DNA of 64,000 bases from Lama glama. Taxonomy: Eukaryota. Shown here piece after piece: positions 50,742-63,391 of the stretch. Location: contig CM052848.1 of the NCBI GenBank assembly GCA_028534125.1, positions 2,480,001-2,544,000 on the forward strand. Reading direction: 5' to 3'. The position numbers and the translations under genes are program-made. Numbering within the stretch: the first letter of the stretch is position 1; each line of letters begins with the position of its first letter. The notes under the pieces are model-generated. The model searched no databases and was not told where the DNA came from. It saw only the letters and a program-made list of their open reading frames with translations.

Positions 50742-51260
50742 TGCCGACTAAAAAAAAAAAAAAAAAGCACAGCCTAAAAGCTGAAAGTTACGTTTTATTG
50801 GTTGGACTTTCTGAGCCTTGGACTTGAGCCTGGCAGGCAGCCTCTCAGATCGCTCTGAGAGACCGCTCTGAAGAGGCAAGGGAGGGGCCAGGATGTATAG
50901 GAGCTTTTGCAGCAAAGACGAGGTAGTTAGAACAGTAAACGATTATTGTTCATTAAAGAAAGCCAGATGGCTCAGTTAAGGAGCCCAGTGCTTTTCTGTG
51001 TGTGGGACGGTGCAAAGGTCTGCACTCACTGAGATCACTCCTTTGATGCGCACCTAGCTGTCCAGGGCCAGGGTCCTGTGCTTCCACACCCTGAGTTCCC
51101 GCAGGGGCACTGCTAGGGGTGGCCGCAGAGGCCGGGCTGCCTGCTCGTCTGCATCCTGAGTTCCCTCCGCTTATGCTCAGGTGTGGCAGTGGTGGCTGAT
51201 GACTCGATGGCCACAGCATCCTTTGCTTACTGATACGGCAGGAAACATTTTTCATTCACA
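50742..51260 (-). mobile_element. Solo ERV1-class LTR, artiodactyl MER41-like
   Basis: TG...CA termini; minus-strand AATAAA about 50 bp from the end (tttatt near 50793); 'agcctctcagatcgctctgagagaccgctctgaagaggcaagg' is a MER41-type motif. Confidence 0.75.
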
Positions 51261-52189
51261 TGATGTTGAATTCAGAACAACCACAACAACATAAAGGCTT
51301 CAATTTGTAACTGTACAGTTCAGCTAGGTTCTAAGTAATTTTTCTTCCCCCATATACCTAAAGGCCTTATTTACTTCCAGAGGTAACAGCAGATCATCAG
51401 AGACATGAGAGCCACTGACAAGAGGTGATGGGGAGGAGGCTCCCAGGATTTGCTGGGGGGAGATGCTATTCAAATTAAAAAAAAAAAAACTCAGCAGGTA
51501 ATTCTAAGAAACTGTTCCTCCAGTACCCAAAATTACTCCCACTGAGAGTTATTTATTTTGAACCTTTCTAAACTTGTCTGAAAGAGGCTTGGAAGTCCCT
51601 CCTGATGGTTTAAAAATACATGAATGGATGCATATATGGAACGTCTAATAAAAAGCCACATTACTAAGCGCTGATGAATGAAGAATTAAATTAGCCTCAG
51701 AAATGGAATCAAGAGTTGCAATTAAAAAAAAAAGCCTTTTCTTCCTTTTCCTCACCTTTCCTTGATGATTTCGTCTGCATTCCATTTCTTTCACCTCAGA
51801 AGCAAACCAGAAATAGAATGATAAACTAAAAAAGTAAAAAATAAACTTAATGGATTAATTCACATAACTGAATAAAATATTTCATGTCCAGAGCCATCAC
51901 CGCTCTTAGATCTACCCTGCTTGCAACACGTAGCGTTTCTCTTCTCCATTCTTGTTTTCTTTCATGCCTATAAACTCCTCTCCCAGATCACTCTCCCTCT
52001 TCACATCCTCTCTCTCATCACACTACGAATCAATCACGTTCGTGAAAAAAGAATGGCCTTGAAAATAAACAGGCCAGTCAGACTTTCCCTCCAACCCAGC
52101 TCAGCATTTTGGCCTGTCATCCCAGTGTAACTTCTTTATGTTCCACTGTCCCCAGACCCAACGTATTTCTTCTCTCTCTTCTACGGCCT

Positions 52190-52290
52190 GAAATTCAGAA
52201 GATCTGGTTCCTACTGCCAGTTCTGCCTTCGGAGCAGCTGGGCCGTGTCTCCGAGCCAGTTTCCTCATCTGTAGCCCTGAAGTTTCTTTC
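52190..52290 (+). mobile_element. MIR fragment
   Basis: 'agaagatctggttcctactgccagttctgcc...tctccgagccagtttcctcatctgta'. Confidence 0.55.
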
Positions 52291-54288
52291 TATTGGCAGC
52301 ATTCCTCGTGCCTCTGGAGTCACACACCTGCAGACCCAGGTGTTTCCCTGACACCCATGACGCTCTGGCTTAGCGGGCCAGGGCAGCAGCCACTTGCCCA
52401 AGCAGGGTGAAGGCCTCTATCGTGCTTCGCCGAGGGCATTACGGAAGGTGGCCAGAGGCCACTTTAAATTTATATGGTGCTGTACGGTGAATAATCGATG
52501 CTCTCCCTCCCTCTCCCTTTGGGGGTGTTCGTCCTTTCGTTGATCGTTTCATCCTTTAAGCATCTAACCTTTACGTGCCCAGCAAATGAATGGACAAACG
52601 AATGCAATGCCTGTTAGAAAAAACCCTTTTGATTTTGCTGAATGAACTGACTGCCTGGATGAGAAGAGAGTGTAAATCAAAATGTGCCGTTTACTTTACA
52701 GACTAGCTGATAATCAGTCCCCCTTTAGCGATTTTTGTACTGAAGCAGGAGTTGTGCTAGCTTTATGGAGAACGATCCATACTAGAAACTCAGGAGAAAA
52801 ATATTTCCTCCTGTTGTTGTCGGAATTGGTAAATGTTGAGTGACAGACGCACAACAAAAACTGTGTGAGCTGAACTGAACTAACGTTAGTCCTTGCTTCT
52901 TGTAGGTAGATGCTGAGGGCTTAGGTTGTCACAATGCCGGTTTTCCTTCCATAATCCTTTGGGCACTTGAGTTTATTTTTAGCTGGCAGGTTACTCATCT
53001 CACAAATCATCTACAGAGAATGAAAAAAAAAAAGTGGTTGATGCTATGGGAACAATATCTCTTTGCATTCCAGCCTTTTAAACCGGAACCAGCTTAATGT
53101 TGCATTAATGCAAAGGAAAGTGTGTCTGCATCTCACAGCACCTACAGCTCCATCAGCTGTCGCTTAGCAAGATCTGAACGTTTTACACGACATGATTTTA
53201 GAAAACTTTTGACCTTTTTGAGATTTTATTTATTGATTTTTTTAAAATTTTGTTCCAAATGTCAGGAACCATCAAGGAACTTGTCTGAAAGGAAAAAGGT
53301 CACCCCAAAGAAGAAAGGTAGTCCTGGGCTGAGAGACAGTGTTCCCTGTCGTCTGGCGTGGCGCGCTAACTGTCGAGCGCCTCAGTGACGGCTCACTTTT
53401 TGCTTTGGTCCGGGATGTAGGCACAAGGATGTTTCGGGAACTCCTGCAGCTGCTCCCAGTGCAAATCTGGTGAAATGTAACAAAGAATCCAAACCCATCT
53501 GCCACGGTCAATGGAAGTCAGCGTCTTGAAACGCACGGCTCTTTGTGAAAGCCAGTTAAATACACTCGACAGAGAGGCAGTGTTTATTTGGAAGTGTTTC
53601 ATCACTAACCTGGGGTATCATTACAGAGGGACCGTTACGAACTAATTGCCATGTAGGAGGATGGTTTTTTCCTTACAACGAAGTATCCTTGATTGACTAC
53701 CAGTCTTACTGCAATGACAAACTAGAATAAGTACATAAAAGCACAGGTTGATTCCAATGAAATAGAATCACATTCAAGATTTTTCTTAAAAGCTGATTCT
53801 GGAAGGAAATGAAACCACACCAAGCGAATATTATGGAATTATTAGAAGTATTGTAAAAGGCTGTTGTTCTCTTGGCCCCTCCCACCTATTGTGAAAGAGC
53901 AGTTTTGTTCTGCAGGACGGAACGCCGAGGCCAAGGGGTGCTGCAGGCAACCACACTGCCCAGGAGCTACAGCTCACTGCTGGCAAACCTGGGGCTAGAA
54001 GTCTTTGGCTTTGGGCCCAGATGTCTGTATTTTTAAAAGCTCTCAAATAAAAGCCAAGGGGCATTTGACAACTCTGGACCTACATTATGAAGAACTGGCA
54101 GAATCACTTCAAGATCTGCATTTGACTCAGAGAAACATAAAGTGAACGTAGCGGAGGTGACAATGCTTAGGGTGTTACAGAGACTCTTCACCTGAGACCA
54201 GAAACTCAGTAGGATCAAAACAAAGAGGCTCCACTGATCTCCTTCACTGGGTTGGAAATTCATTAAGGCAGCGTTCACATCTCACGTA

Positions 54289-54774
54289 TGTGGGGTCCCC
54301 AGACGTCGGGCAGATTCCTGCCCCAAGGCCCCTCAGGTGCCCAGCGGCTGCCCTTTGAAGGTAACAAAGAACTTTGCTTTCCTGACACACACCTGCCTTA
54401 GCTGAGATGATGGTCATCCGTACAGTGCTCGGGAGCCCGGCCCCCAGGACTGGTCACAGCCCCCTGCCAAAATCCCTAGCCCCGCCCTTTCACAAGCCCT
54501 TCCCTTCCCCGTCTCAGCATCAGCCAATCAAAGAATTGTGCACCAGCTGACCACGCACCCTCTGACCCCTTTTGTGCCTGATGTCACGTAAGAGCAAGGA
54601 GTTAAAGTTACCCTCCCTTATAAAAGACCTCAGCAGCCGACCCTTGGGGCACACAGACACCTCTCCTCTGTGGCCCGCTGTGGCGTATAGACTAATAAAC
54701 TCTGTTAGTGTCTTCCTCCTTGGTCTCTGGTCAGTTCTGTTCCGCCGCGCCCTGGCTGGCCGAATCCCATGACA
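54289..54774 (+). mobile_element. Solo ERV LTR with intact promoter elements, family not identified
   Basis: TG...CA termini; GC box 54481, CCAAT 54524, TATAAAA 54619, AATAAA 54694 in canonical U3-R-U5 order. Confidence 0.8.
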
Positions 54775-55163
54775 ATATACCCTCGCTCCCGTCCCGTCCA
54801 CCAGTGGTTGTCATGCAAGTCCCTACCAGCGCTGCGCGCTCACGTGAGAACCACTCATAAACCCCAGACGGGTCTCCCAGTGCTTCCCCGGCATGACGGC
54901 TTCATCTTTCACGCACGACTGTCGGGAGTGTCTGGGGGAGCCGGTTCGCTTGCTGTGCAGCCCTGTCCCCTGCTTGAGTTACTGCCTTTGAAGACAGGAT
55001 ATTCGTATTTGCATTCTGCTACTGGAGAAGATAAACACATATTTTAACTTTTACAGGGAGAGCAAACTGAGCCATAAAATATACAAATAAATAATGTATA
55101 TATGCATGTATGTGTGTGTATGTGTTGTAGAAATTCAATAAACAGAAACTTCAATTAAATAAA

Positions 55164-55448
55164 GTTAGGAGACCAGAAAGGGGATGTCTCATGCCCCATG
55201 TGACAGAGTCCAACACGAAGAAGAAAGATTCCCCTTCTCGCCCGGCCAGAGCTCCGGCAATGAGGTCTCGGCCAACGGAAGCCATGGGCTCTTGTTCACT
55301 GCAGTCTCCCAACGCCCTTCTCTCCATTTTGCTGGGACTTGCACGTGGCTCGCCGTGGGCGCAGACCCCGGATGCAGTTCTTTGCTGATCTGAATAATCT
55401 CATTTTTGCTGGAGAAATAACTGGCCATCTGCTTGGTTTAGAGCAACT
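55164..55448 (+). mobile_element. ERV1 LTR (MER34/MER39-like), internally deleted
   Basis: Starts 'taggagaccagaa'; ends 'gcagttctttgctgatctgaataatctcatttttgctggagaaataactggccatctgcttggtttagagcaac'. Confidence 0.65.
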
Positions 55449-56059
55449 GTGTGTATAATACGTTGTTATGTTTGATGATTTTATGTTTCTTGACAATTTT
55501 GAAAATTTGCTCATTAGCTCTTCTGTTATTTAAAAAATACTTATTCAATCATTTTACTATTTAATAAACCAACTTTGATACTATTTTTTAAAAATATTCA
55601 GCAGTATGCAGAGAAGGCTGCTAGAACAGTTCACCACAATATTCCTTGTGCTCAGAGTCGACGACTGATTTTACCTGTTTTATTTGTATTGTACAATACA
55701 TGTTGAAGCACCATCCAATTATTTTTATGAACAACATGTATCATAAAAGGGAATGTGTGTGTAGATGCTGTGTCTGTATGTGTGTGTGCCTTCCAATATG
55801 GACAGAGAAAGATCTTACATAAAACTGAGGGCATAACATCAAAATTACACAATGGGAAAGAATGCAAAACACTGCACGTTTAAGCTCTGAATAATTAGAA
55901 GTTACATCTGCCTCCAGAGCATGCATTCCAGAGGGGCAAACCTCCTTGTTTTTTGTGTCCTCTGTCACTAGCTCAGGCACTTCAGAAATACTTGTTGCAC
56001 GCTTAATTTCATGTCAGTCAAAAGCATTTCCACATGGCCACTGAATCAATGCTGTTTTA

Positions 56060-56940
56060 TCTATCTAAGTCACTGAACAAACATTTTTAATGCCTTCAAT
56101 ATTCCATATACACTGGTGAGTACAAGATGATAAATTTACAAGGATCTGATAAGATCATTATATACACACTAAATTGAAATCAATGAATAAATAACTGATA
56201 TGGGATTTTGCGGTGTTTAAAAAATAATTGAGATTTTGATAAGTGGAAGATAAAATGCTGGGAAACAACTCTGATGTTAAAGGCATTAAACAATTAAAGT
56301 GTATTGCTGGTTCAATGTATAGTCAGATTACTAGACTACTGTTTGGAAATTAACTTAATCTGGATAACAGTAAGCTGTAAATTCCTGCCACGCACTACAA
56401 AATGCCATCCTATCTTGAGACGTAGGTGAAAATGAACTCACCACTGGAGCAACACCAATTAAGAAACAGGAGACCAGAAGAGGAGGGGGAGATTTCCATC
56501 TTCAGAGAAGAGGCTGGAGAATTGAGGAGTCGGTGAGAGGGGGCAGTGAAAGATGGATGCAGGGATGTGAAAAGCAAGGGAAAGAAGACTGAGCATCAGG
56601 AAAAGAAGTCAACAGGAGAAAAGAGCATGTCACTTGCAAGTTTCTACATCAGCAGAGCACCGTGAGAAACAGGCTGAGCATAGAAACTGGGGGTAGGGCG
56701 AGAAACTGGCGTCATGTAGATGCGAGCGGAGACAGTGGACTGAGGAATACCCAAGGGCAAGTTCTTTGTTAGAAACAGGAACCCTTAAATGTACGTTACA
56801 CGTGATGGGAAGAAAATAAGCCATCGGGGGAAATCGAAGACCAGATGGGAAGAGTAAGTGTTGAGCTGAGCTTTCAGAGATTGAGAAATAGGTAAGATAC
56901 ATGAAATGTCCAAGTAGTGGACTTTTTTTTTTTTCAAAAA
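56060..56940 (-). mobile_element. L2 fragments
   Basis: 'tcactgaacaaacatttttaatgccttc...' L2 tail, followed by purine-rich L2 body ('gagctgagctttcagagattgag...atgaaatgtccaagtag'). Confidence 0.45.
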
Positions 56941-57237
56941 GGAGCACAGATGATTATTCTGAGATCAAGGGAAAGAAGTCGATATGACGGACGTCCTGAG
57001 GAACGCTGGGATGGAAAGAAGGGAAGTTGGTCTTTACGTCGGGAGTTGCAAGTGGTTTTAAATAGGATGCCAGTAAAGAGAGTCTGACCTTTGTGAGTTC
57101 TGAAGCTGCAGCTTGGAATAGTGGGCTTAGAACCCACAAGCCCTTTTGTGGTTTCTAGATCTACCCCCTTGCAAAAAGAGCTTACACACATTAGCTTCTT
57201 TTAATCTCACTTCTATTAAAAAAAATGAGAAAGAGGT

Positions 57238-57396
57238 GGGGAGGGGAGGGTACAGCTCAAGTGGCAGAGCCATGCTCAGCACACACAGGGTCCTGGGTTC
57301 AATCCCCAGTACCTCCCCTAAAATTAAATAAATAAGGAAACCTAATTGCCTCCCCACCAAAAAAAATGTTTTTAGTAAAATAAATTACATTAGAGA
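57238..57396 (+). mobile_element. Camelid tRNA-derived SINE (Vic-1-type)
   Basis: GGGGAGGGTACAGCTCAAGTGGCAGAGC (A box), GGTTCAATCC B box at 57296-57305, AT-rich tail; TSD-like GAGA(A/G)AGAGGT at 57227-57237 and 57397-57407. Confidence 0.9.
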
Positions 57397-57407
57397 GAGA
57401 GAGAGGT

Positions 57408-57785
57408 TGTGATGGATGTAGAGACAGGCTGCTCAATTTTCCTTCAAAGAAAGACTTGTTGCCCTGCTTGGGGTAGTGGTATCTGCAGGCAGCCGTCAGC
57501 CTCTTCAGAGACGGCCTTGGCCGTCACCTGACCCAAGGCCACGTCCTGCTGGGGACAGCTCTGTGTGACTGATGGAAATGAAAGCCAAGACGAGGCACCT
57601 CCGACGGGACGCTTCAGCTCCGGCGCCCCCTGGGGGTTGCCCCAAGTTGCTGCTGGGGGCTTCTGTGCACCTGGGCTCCCCTCTCGCCCAACCCTGCTGC
57701 CTCCGCCCCTCTGAGCTGCGTTTATCCTACCAACGTCTGTCTTTTAAACTCTGCCTCAGAGTCACTTTTGGAAAACTTGACTTGT
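57408..57785 (+). mobile_element. LTR16A-like ERVL solo LTR
   Basis: 'tgtgatggatgtagagac...gacttgttgccc...cccaaggccacgtcc...ctcccctctcgcccaaccctgctgcc...ctctgcctcagagtcacttttggaaaac'. Confidence 0.7.
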
Positions 57786-59619
57786 CCCCGAGGTTGCTGT
57801 GCAAACCCAAAGAGGAAGGGGTGAATCTGAGCTTGTTTTAAACTGGGTAGGAGCTTGCAGGTCCTATGGGTTACGTTTCATTTACAGCTCTTAGGCCATA
57901 AAGAAGCGGGAACCCTTCTTCTGAATATTCTAAAGTAATTCACCTTCACTAAGCATTTTCTGGAGCTATTTTTGCAATATCTACTTTGTCATGTGCTCCT
58001 GGTCTTTCAGTGATTTTCCTGTGAGTATGAATGAGCTTTGCGGGGCTTCCTACGCCTTCACTCTTCGACCACAGTTTGCAAAGGTGAGAGGGCATGACCG
58101 GTGCCGGTGGTCGCGCTTTAGGGGCAGGCTGGGGTTGTAATCAGAGGTCCGGCTTTGCTGAGGGTTAGAAATCACGCTGTGTCCGGGGTTTAGAGCTGTC
58201 CTGAGACGTCAGGAATCAGTTTATAGCTAGATTGATGGGGGACGCCTGTGTCCAAGGAGAAATGGGAGGCACAAAAGGGAGCCTGACCCAAGAAATGTCA
58301 CTGACTTCACCCTCTCCGGAAGGAAGCGGTGGGGAGCCCAGCCACGCAGCCCCCCGCACTGGCTGCCACGCCAGCTCGGCTTAAGCTGCAGGTGTCACGA
58401 CGAGGCGAGCCTGCTTTCTTTCTCTCACTCCTCCTGCTAAAGATCTGTTGTCGATAGCGGTGCACGCAGGTGACAGCTCTCCTGCAGTGAACGGAGATTC
58501 ACAGCTGACAGCAAACCATTGCAGAGACTGAGTTCACACCAGCAGAGTTGTCACTGCACCCCACAGACCAGCAGTCCAGCCCGACAGTGTCCTCCAGAGT
58601 AGAACGGGCTCCCATTCGGGCGCCGGGGTGTGATGAAAGGGCAGGGAGCCGTTGCTTTGTCAATATTTCTCAGTGGGTTTACTCTGGATTGCTACGACCT
58701 GCCTCCGCTTTATAAATCATCTCAAAAGTTAACTTTTGAGTTCCTGCTGAAATACGTCTCTGCTGGGAACGATCTGCCCCCGACAGAAGAGTTAACACAA
58801 AGCGTTTTTCTTCCATCTTTGATCAGGATAACCTTGCTTCTTTTTGACGTTTCCCACTATTGTGCTTGGTCCGATTTTACCATATGGAGAAAGGACTTGA
58901 GACAAACAACAGCTTAGGTAATGAACGTCATGGACTAAAGACAATCATTTAGTCTTGGGTGACTTGTCCATGAGAGCTGTCTGTACAGATTAAATGAACC
59001 AGCGACTTGACTTTACTACCCCTAGAGATGAAAGCTTGAACTACGTGTAAGGAATGGCAGAACAACTTGTCAAATGAGTGAATTTAGTTAATTTACTGAG
59101 GGAGAAGTCAGCAAAACACATCTATTTGATCTGCTGAGGAGGTCCAGGGGTCCTGTTAAAACTAAATCTGAATGGGCCTGAAATTCTTAGTAATGGATGT
59201 AAATCTTTGCATGATTCTGGGCAATGAAAATCTAAAACCTTACCCACACACGTAGCGCTTTCTTTTTTCTATTTTCAACATCATTTGGCTGACTATGTCA
59301 CAAACATTTCCCTACTAAATGTTTAATTATGCACATATTTATACGGAATAAAACTAACAAATTAGAAATGAGTACACCGTGAAAACTGTGAAAATTAAAT
59401 CTCGCTCCTGTTCCTGGCCTGGGTCACACAGTATTCCCAGCGAAGGGACCGGCACTGTTCAGAGCGATCCTGTTAATACACAAATTAACACAGCGCACAT
59501 ATGCAGGCATGTTTTGTTTTTCTTTATACAAATAACAGCACACTCTACTTCCTATTCTGAATCTAATTTTTTTAATTCACAAACTATGTTTGACACAAAA
59601 TTAAAAAAAATGTAAATGC

Positions 59620-60300
59620 TGTTATACCTTCCGAATGGAGGTGCTGCCGGTGGATGTGACTTGTGTCCAGGTTCTTGTTCCGTCCCAGAAAGAACTCAGA
59701 GATGAGATGCAGAGGTTAAGAAAGTAATGTGAGGATTTATTAAGGGATGGACAGCACACCCTCAAGGGGAGAGCGGGCAGGCTCAGGGGAGCGGCTGCCC
59801 TGTGTTTCTTTGGCAAGTTGGTTATTACATAGGGTGTAAAAATGAAAGGGCAGAATATTCATTGGGGAGCAAAGAGTTTGGGGTCATATTCCCTGATTAT
59901 CATCCCAATTCCACCTTCCCAAGGGGAAGAGGGATTTTTGTCCTTACTTAGTCTGGATCAGAAGCGTCATGGTGTCCGTGTATGATGGGTACCTCTAATC
60001 CGCAAGGCTAATTTTACTGAGATGAAGGCATAATGGACAAAAGGTTACATTCAGACACTGGAGATTCCTGCCTTTTCCCACCTTTCTTTGTCAGCCTCCA
60101 GGCCACTCATCACCCCAAAAGGTGTGGCCCCTTGTCAGCCCAGAGGTTCTTGCTTTTCTTTCTCTGCCCAGGGACCCGTGGTGCTCACATGATGTGTGGT
60201 TTCCTGCATTTGGCCTGTGCCCCGCCTTTCTGCCCAGGTCCTGCCCTGTGGCCTGCGTCCCCGTCTGTCTGCTCAGGTCTAGCTGTCTGCTGCTCTGACA
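59620..60300 (-). mobile_element. Relatively young solo ERV1-class LTR, probably lineage-specific
   Basis: TG...CA termini; minus-strand AATAAA at 59736-59741; 'aaggggagagcgggcaggctc' is typical of ERV1 R/U5 in antisense. Confidence 0.75.
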
Positions 60301-60794
60301 GTCACACCCACACAGGGTCAAACTGTTGGAAAGAGCATTGTGAATGGGAAGCCATGCTCTTCTGGCTCGAGGTGTGCTAACCACAGCGCAGACCTGAAAA
60401 CTACATAAGAAGGGCGTTCCGCTAGCAAACTACTGACTAAGATACAATTTACCTTCAGTGCCCAAAGTAGCGACACCAGAAGGTGGTAGACAGGTGCTGG
60501 ACGGAACTCCAGGGCAAGGAAACATTGTGACATCAAGACAACAGCGAAGTTAAATGTTCAGGCAGAAGAAAGAGCTTGCTCATGACTGGCAAGGATTTAA
60601 GAAAAATTCAGAGATCAACAATCTGGCACTGGGATTAGGGTTACAGCGCTAGCCAGGCTAAGACTGGGGCCAGATTCTAGGCTCCGCAGACATTTTAAAT
60701 GAGAGGGCTCCAGGCCATATCTACTAAACAGACTGCGTGTATTCCTAGAGAGTTCTGTAAAGAGGCTATAAGTCAGTGATTAAGCAACCATCTC

Positions 60795-61510
60795 TATTAG
60801 TCAGCATTTGCATTCAGCTTCATACAGTAGAAAGTGTCAACACCGCAGACTTAAACAAGAGGGTCACCATTTCTACACTCAGATAACAAAACGGTTGGGA
60901 AGTAAATGACACAGGACTGGTGTTCATGGCTCAAGTGTGTAGTTGCTAAGGTGACTGCAGTGCCCATGGGACTCCTTTTGGTGATTATTCAAGAGACGTG
61001 GCAGAAACCCACAGTGATGTCCGACCTTCCCAACCCCCCGTGTGGCTTGGCCGTGGAACTGATCAGAGCAGACACCTGGCCCATCCAAATGGCTCCTGGG
61101 CATCAACAGCCAGCACAGCTGAACTGGGAGACAACAGCTGAGTACTGGTTCTGGTGGCAACTCAAACTGAATACCAGGGCTTCTGGCAGAAAGGAAGGGG
61201 AGGGGAAACAACGAAACGGTATGTGTTAACGGATCAGCACTCATTTAATTTTTTTTTCCCCAAAAAACCTACGTTGTGACTTCTGTTTGTATCTTATAGG
61301 TCAGATTTTGTGACATCCCCAAATCCAGCTGCAAGAGCGTCTAGGAAATATAGGACCGTTTTTTGTTTGTTTGTTTTTAATTCTTTGTTTGCTTGCTTGC
61401 CTGTTTACCAAGTTGGGCGCATCGCTGCTTGCCACAGAATCAAAGTTCTCCTAAAAAATGAAGAAACAGGGGAATGGACACTGGGTAAACACTTCTGCAA
61501 TCTGGTCCTT
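60795..61510 (-). mobile_element. MLT1J-like MaLR LTR, apparently with a nested insertion near 60950-61175
   Basis: 'tattagtcagc...gacttaaacaagaggg', 'ccagctgcaagagcgtctaggaaat', 'gaagaaacaggggaatggacactgggt'. Confidence 0.6.
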
Positions 61511-63160
61511 TCTTCTTCCTCTGATGACTACACCAGGGACAGCCATCTTTATTCAATAACAAAAAACACAGGAATCTCAGACTCCAGCCCCGCTTCCCTC
61601 GGGTCACTGAATCAATGCCAGCAGCCACTCGCATGTAGCCTTAGAGCAACATAAAAATAAAAACCCCAGTTAATCACTACTATTTGATTTGTCTACGACA
61701 CGCAGCAGAACACATCCCTAAGTAACACGTATGCTGCCCAAGGGTTTTGTCCACCTCCAGCGTGTAAAGTGTGACCTGACTCCACTGATCAGAATAATGC
61801 TAGGCTGGGTTCTCACTGTCCCAGGAACCAGGGCTTTGATTGTTGGCTTCAGGTGACGCTTGAAGAGGCAGAGGCTGAAAACAAAGTGTGGACCTTGGCA
61901 CTGCGGCACACCCCACAATCAGAGACCCGAAACTGAAACCAAAGAGCTTCCACTGCTTCGAGGAAAAGGAACGTGGGCTCAAACAATTGAAGTAAAATAC
62001 GAACTCCCCAAGCTCCAATCAATAACTCATCAAAGATGCAAATGTACTGCTATAGTTGGCGTATCGGTCTAGCCAAGAGAATATGGCATTTCTCCAGGAA
62101 AAAGGACATTTAAAAGTCAGAGGGAAATTCATGTTGGAGACTTAGTCGCAGAGAAACTGGGATTCAGCGGAAGAAATCCAGCCATTGAGAGAGTTTAGCT
62201 TACAGGGCGGAAGTTCAAATGACTGAGTCCAAGATAGGAAATCTCTCTACGGGAGAGGCCCACAGAACAAAACGTACTAAAAAATTGGGGGACTGTCACA
62301 GAACCCAGGCAGTGCGGACGGAGATACAAGGTTATAGGATTTAATACTAAACTCTTAAGCTGACACAGTACAACACCTTAAAATCCTTCCTGACTGGCTC
62401 AAGAATTTGGGAGAGGACAGAAATAAACCTTGCAACGGAGGTTAAGTGTCTAAGTGATGTGAATGGGAGCAACTGGGCGTGCAAAATCCGAGCAGGTCAT
62501 TACAGCGCGGGCATCATTTCGTGACTTTGAAGATCTTCCAATACAGCGTAACCAAGCATTTTATAAACGCCCACAAGTTCTATTTTAGGTCAGCACAGGC
62601 AGCGGTGGTATGCCAACTGAAAGATGCAGGAGTTCACATAAGTATGAGAGACCTTAATGGGAACGTGCTGTACAGCATCGTCATTATCACTGAATTTCAA
62701 CTTAATTCGATTTTAATACCATTTTAACAGTATTCATTAAGGCGAGTGAAACAGTCGAAATTGAACCCGTTAAGGTTTAAGAATTAATAACAGCAACAAA
62801 CATAGGTCGAAAAAGGGTATGTCACAGGCTCTGTTTTTATGCCTCTGTTTTAAAGGAGTAATAGAAATTATTGGGACTCAGGAAGGGTAAAAAGATACAG
62901 AAATTTTACTTTGGTTAGAAAGAGACCGGTGGAAACAAACAGGAGCTAGAATTAATGTGTGTCACCTCCCACCTTTGCAGTTTTAGACTTCTCTCTCCTG
63001 AACATCCTTTTTTAAAAAATGAAAATGACCTTGACAGTTTCGCACTTTAAATTATCACCCACTAATCGATCTGTGTGAACAAGTACAACGATCCAATTCA
63101 GCAAGCGTGTATTTTAACACTACGACGTCAACCAGGTACAGGAGCCCACCCAAGACCTTC

Positions 63161-63330
63161 GTGGCAGGCTGACACCTAAGGTCAGCTAGGACAGCCACCG
63201 AGGATAGCCATCTGGTATTAAAGCCTTTCCTTCTGTGTGTGGCCGGGGCCAAGCGACTCATCTTTAACCAACAGAAGGTGGCCAAGGTCATGGGGATGAG
63301 GTTACAAAAGCCACGAGTCTGTGTCATTTT
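63161..63330 (+). mobile_element. MLT1E/F-like LTR 5' fragment
   Basis: 'gtggcaggctgacacctaagg...ctggtattaaagcc...tttaaccaacagaaggtggccaaggtcatgggg...ggttacaaaag'. Confidence 0.6.
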
Positions 63331-63391
63331 CAGCAGGCCATGCCAATTCTACGTTTCCATGTCCTCCTGGGGACACGTGAAAAATAAAATA

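Noticed and set aside
57238-57320. tRNA-like sequence with A and B boxes
   Set aside because: The AT-rich tail, TSD and second diverged copy at 47005 show it is a SINE head, not a tRNA gene.
50737-60305. TSDs for the solo LTRs at 50742, 54289 and 59620
   Set aside because: The flanks do not match convincingly (taaac/tgatg, acgta/atata, aatgc/gtcac), so no TSD is claimed and the LTR ends may be off by a few bases.
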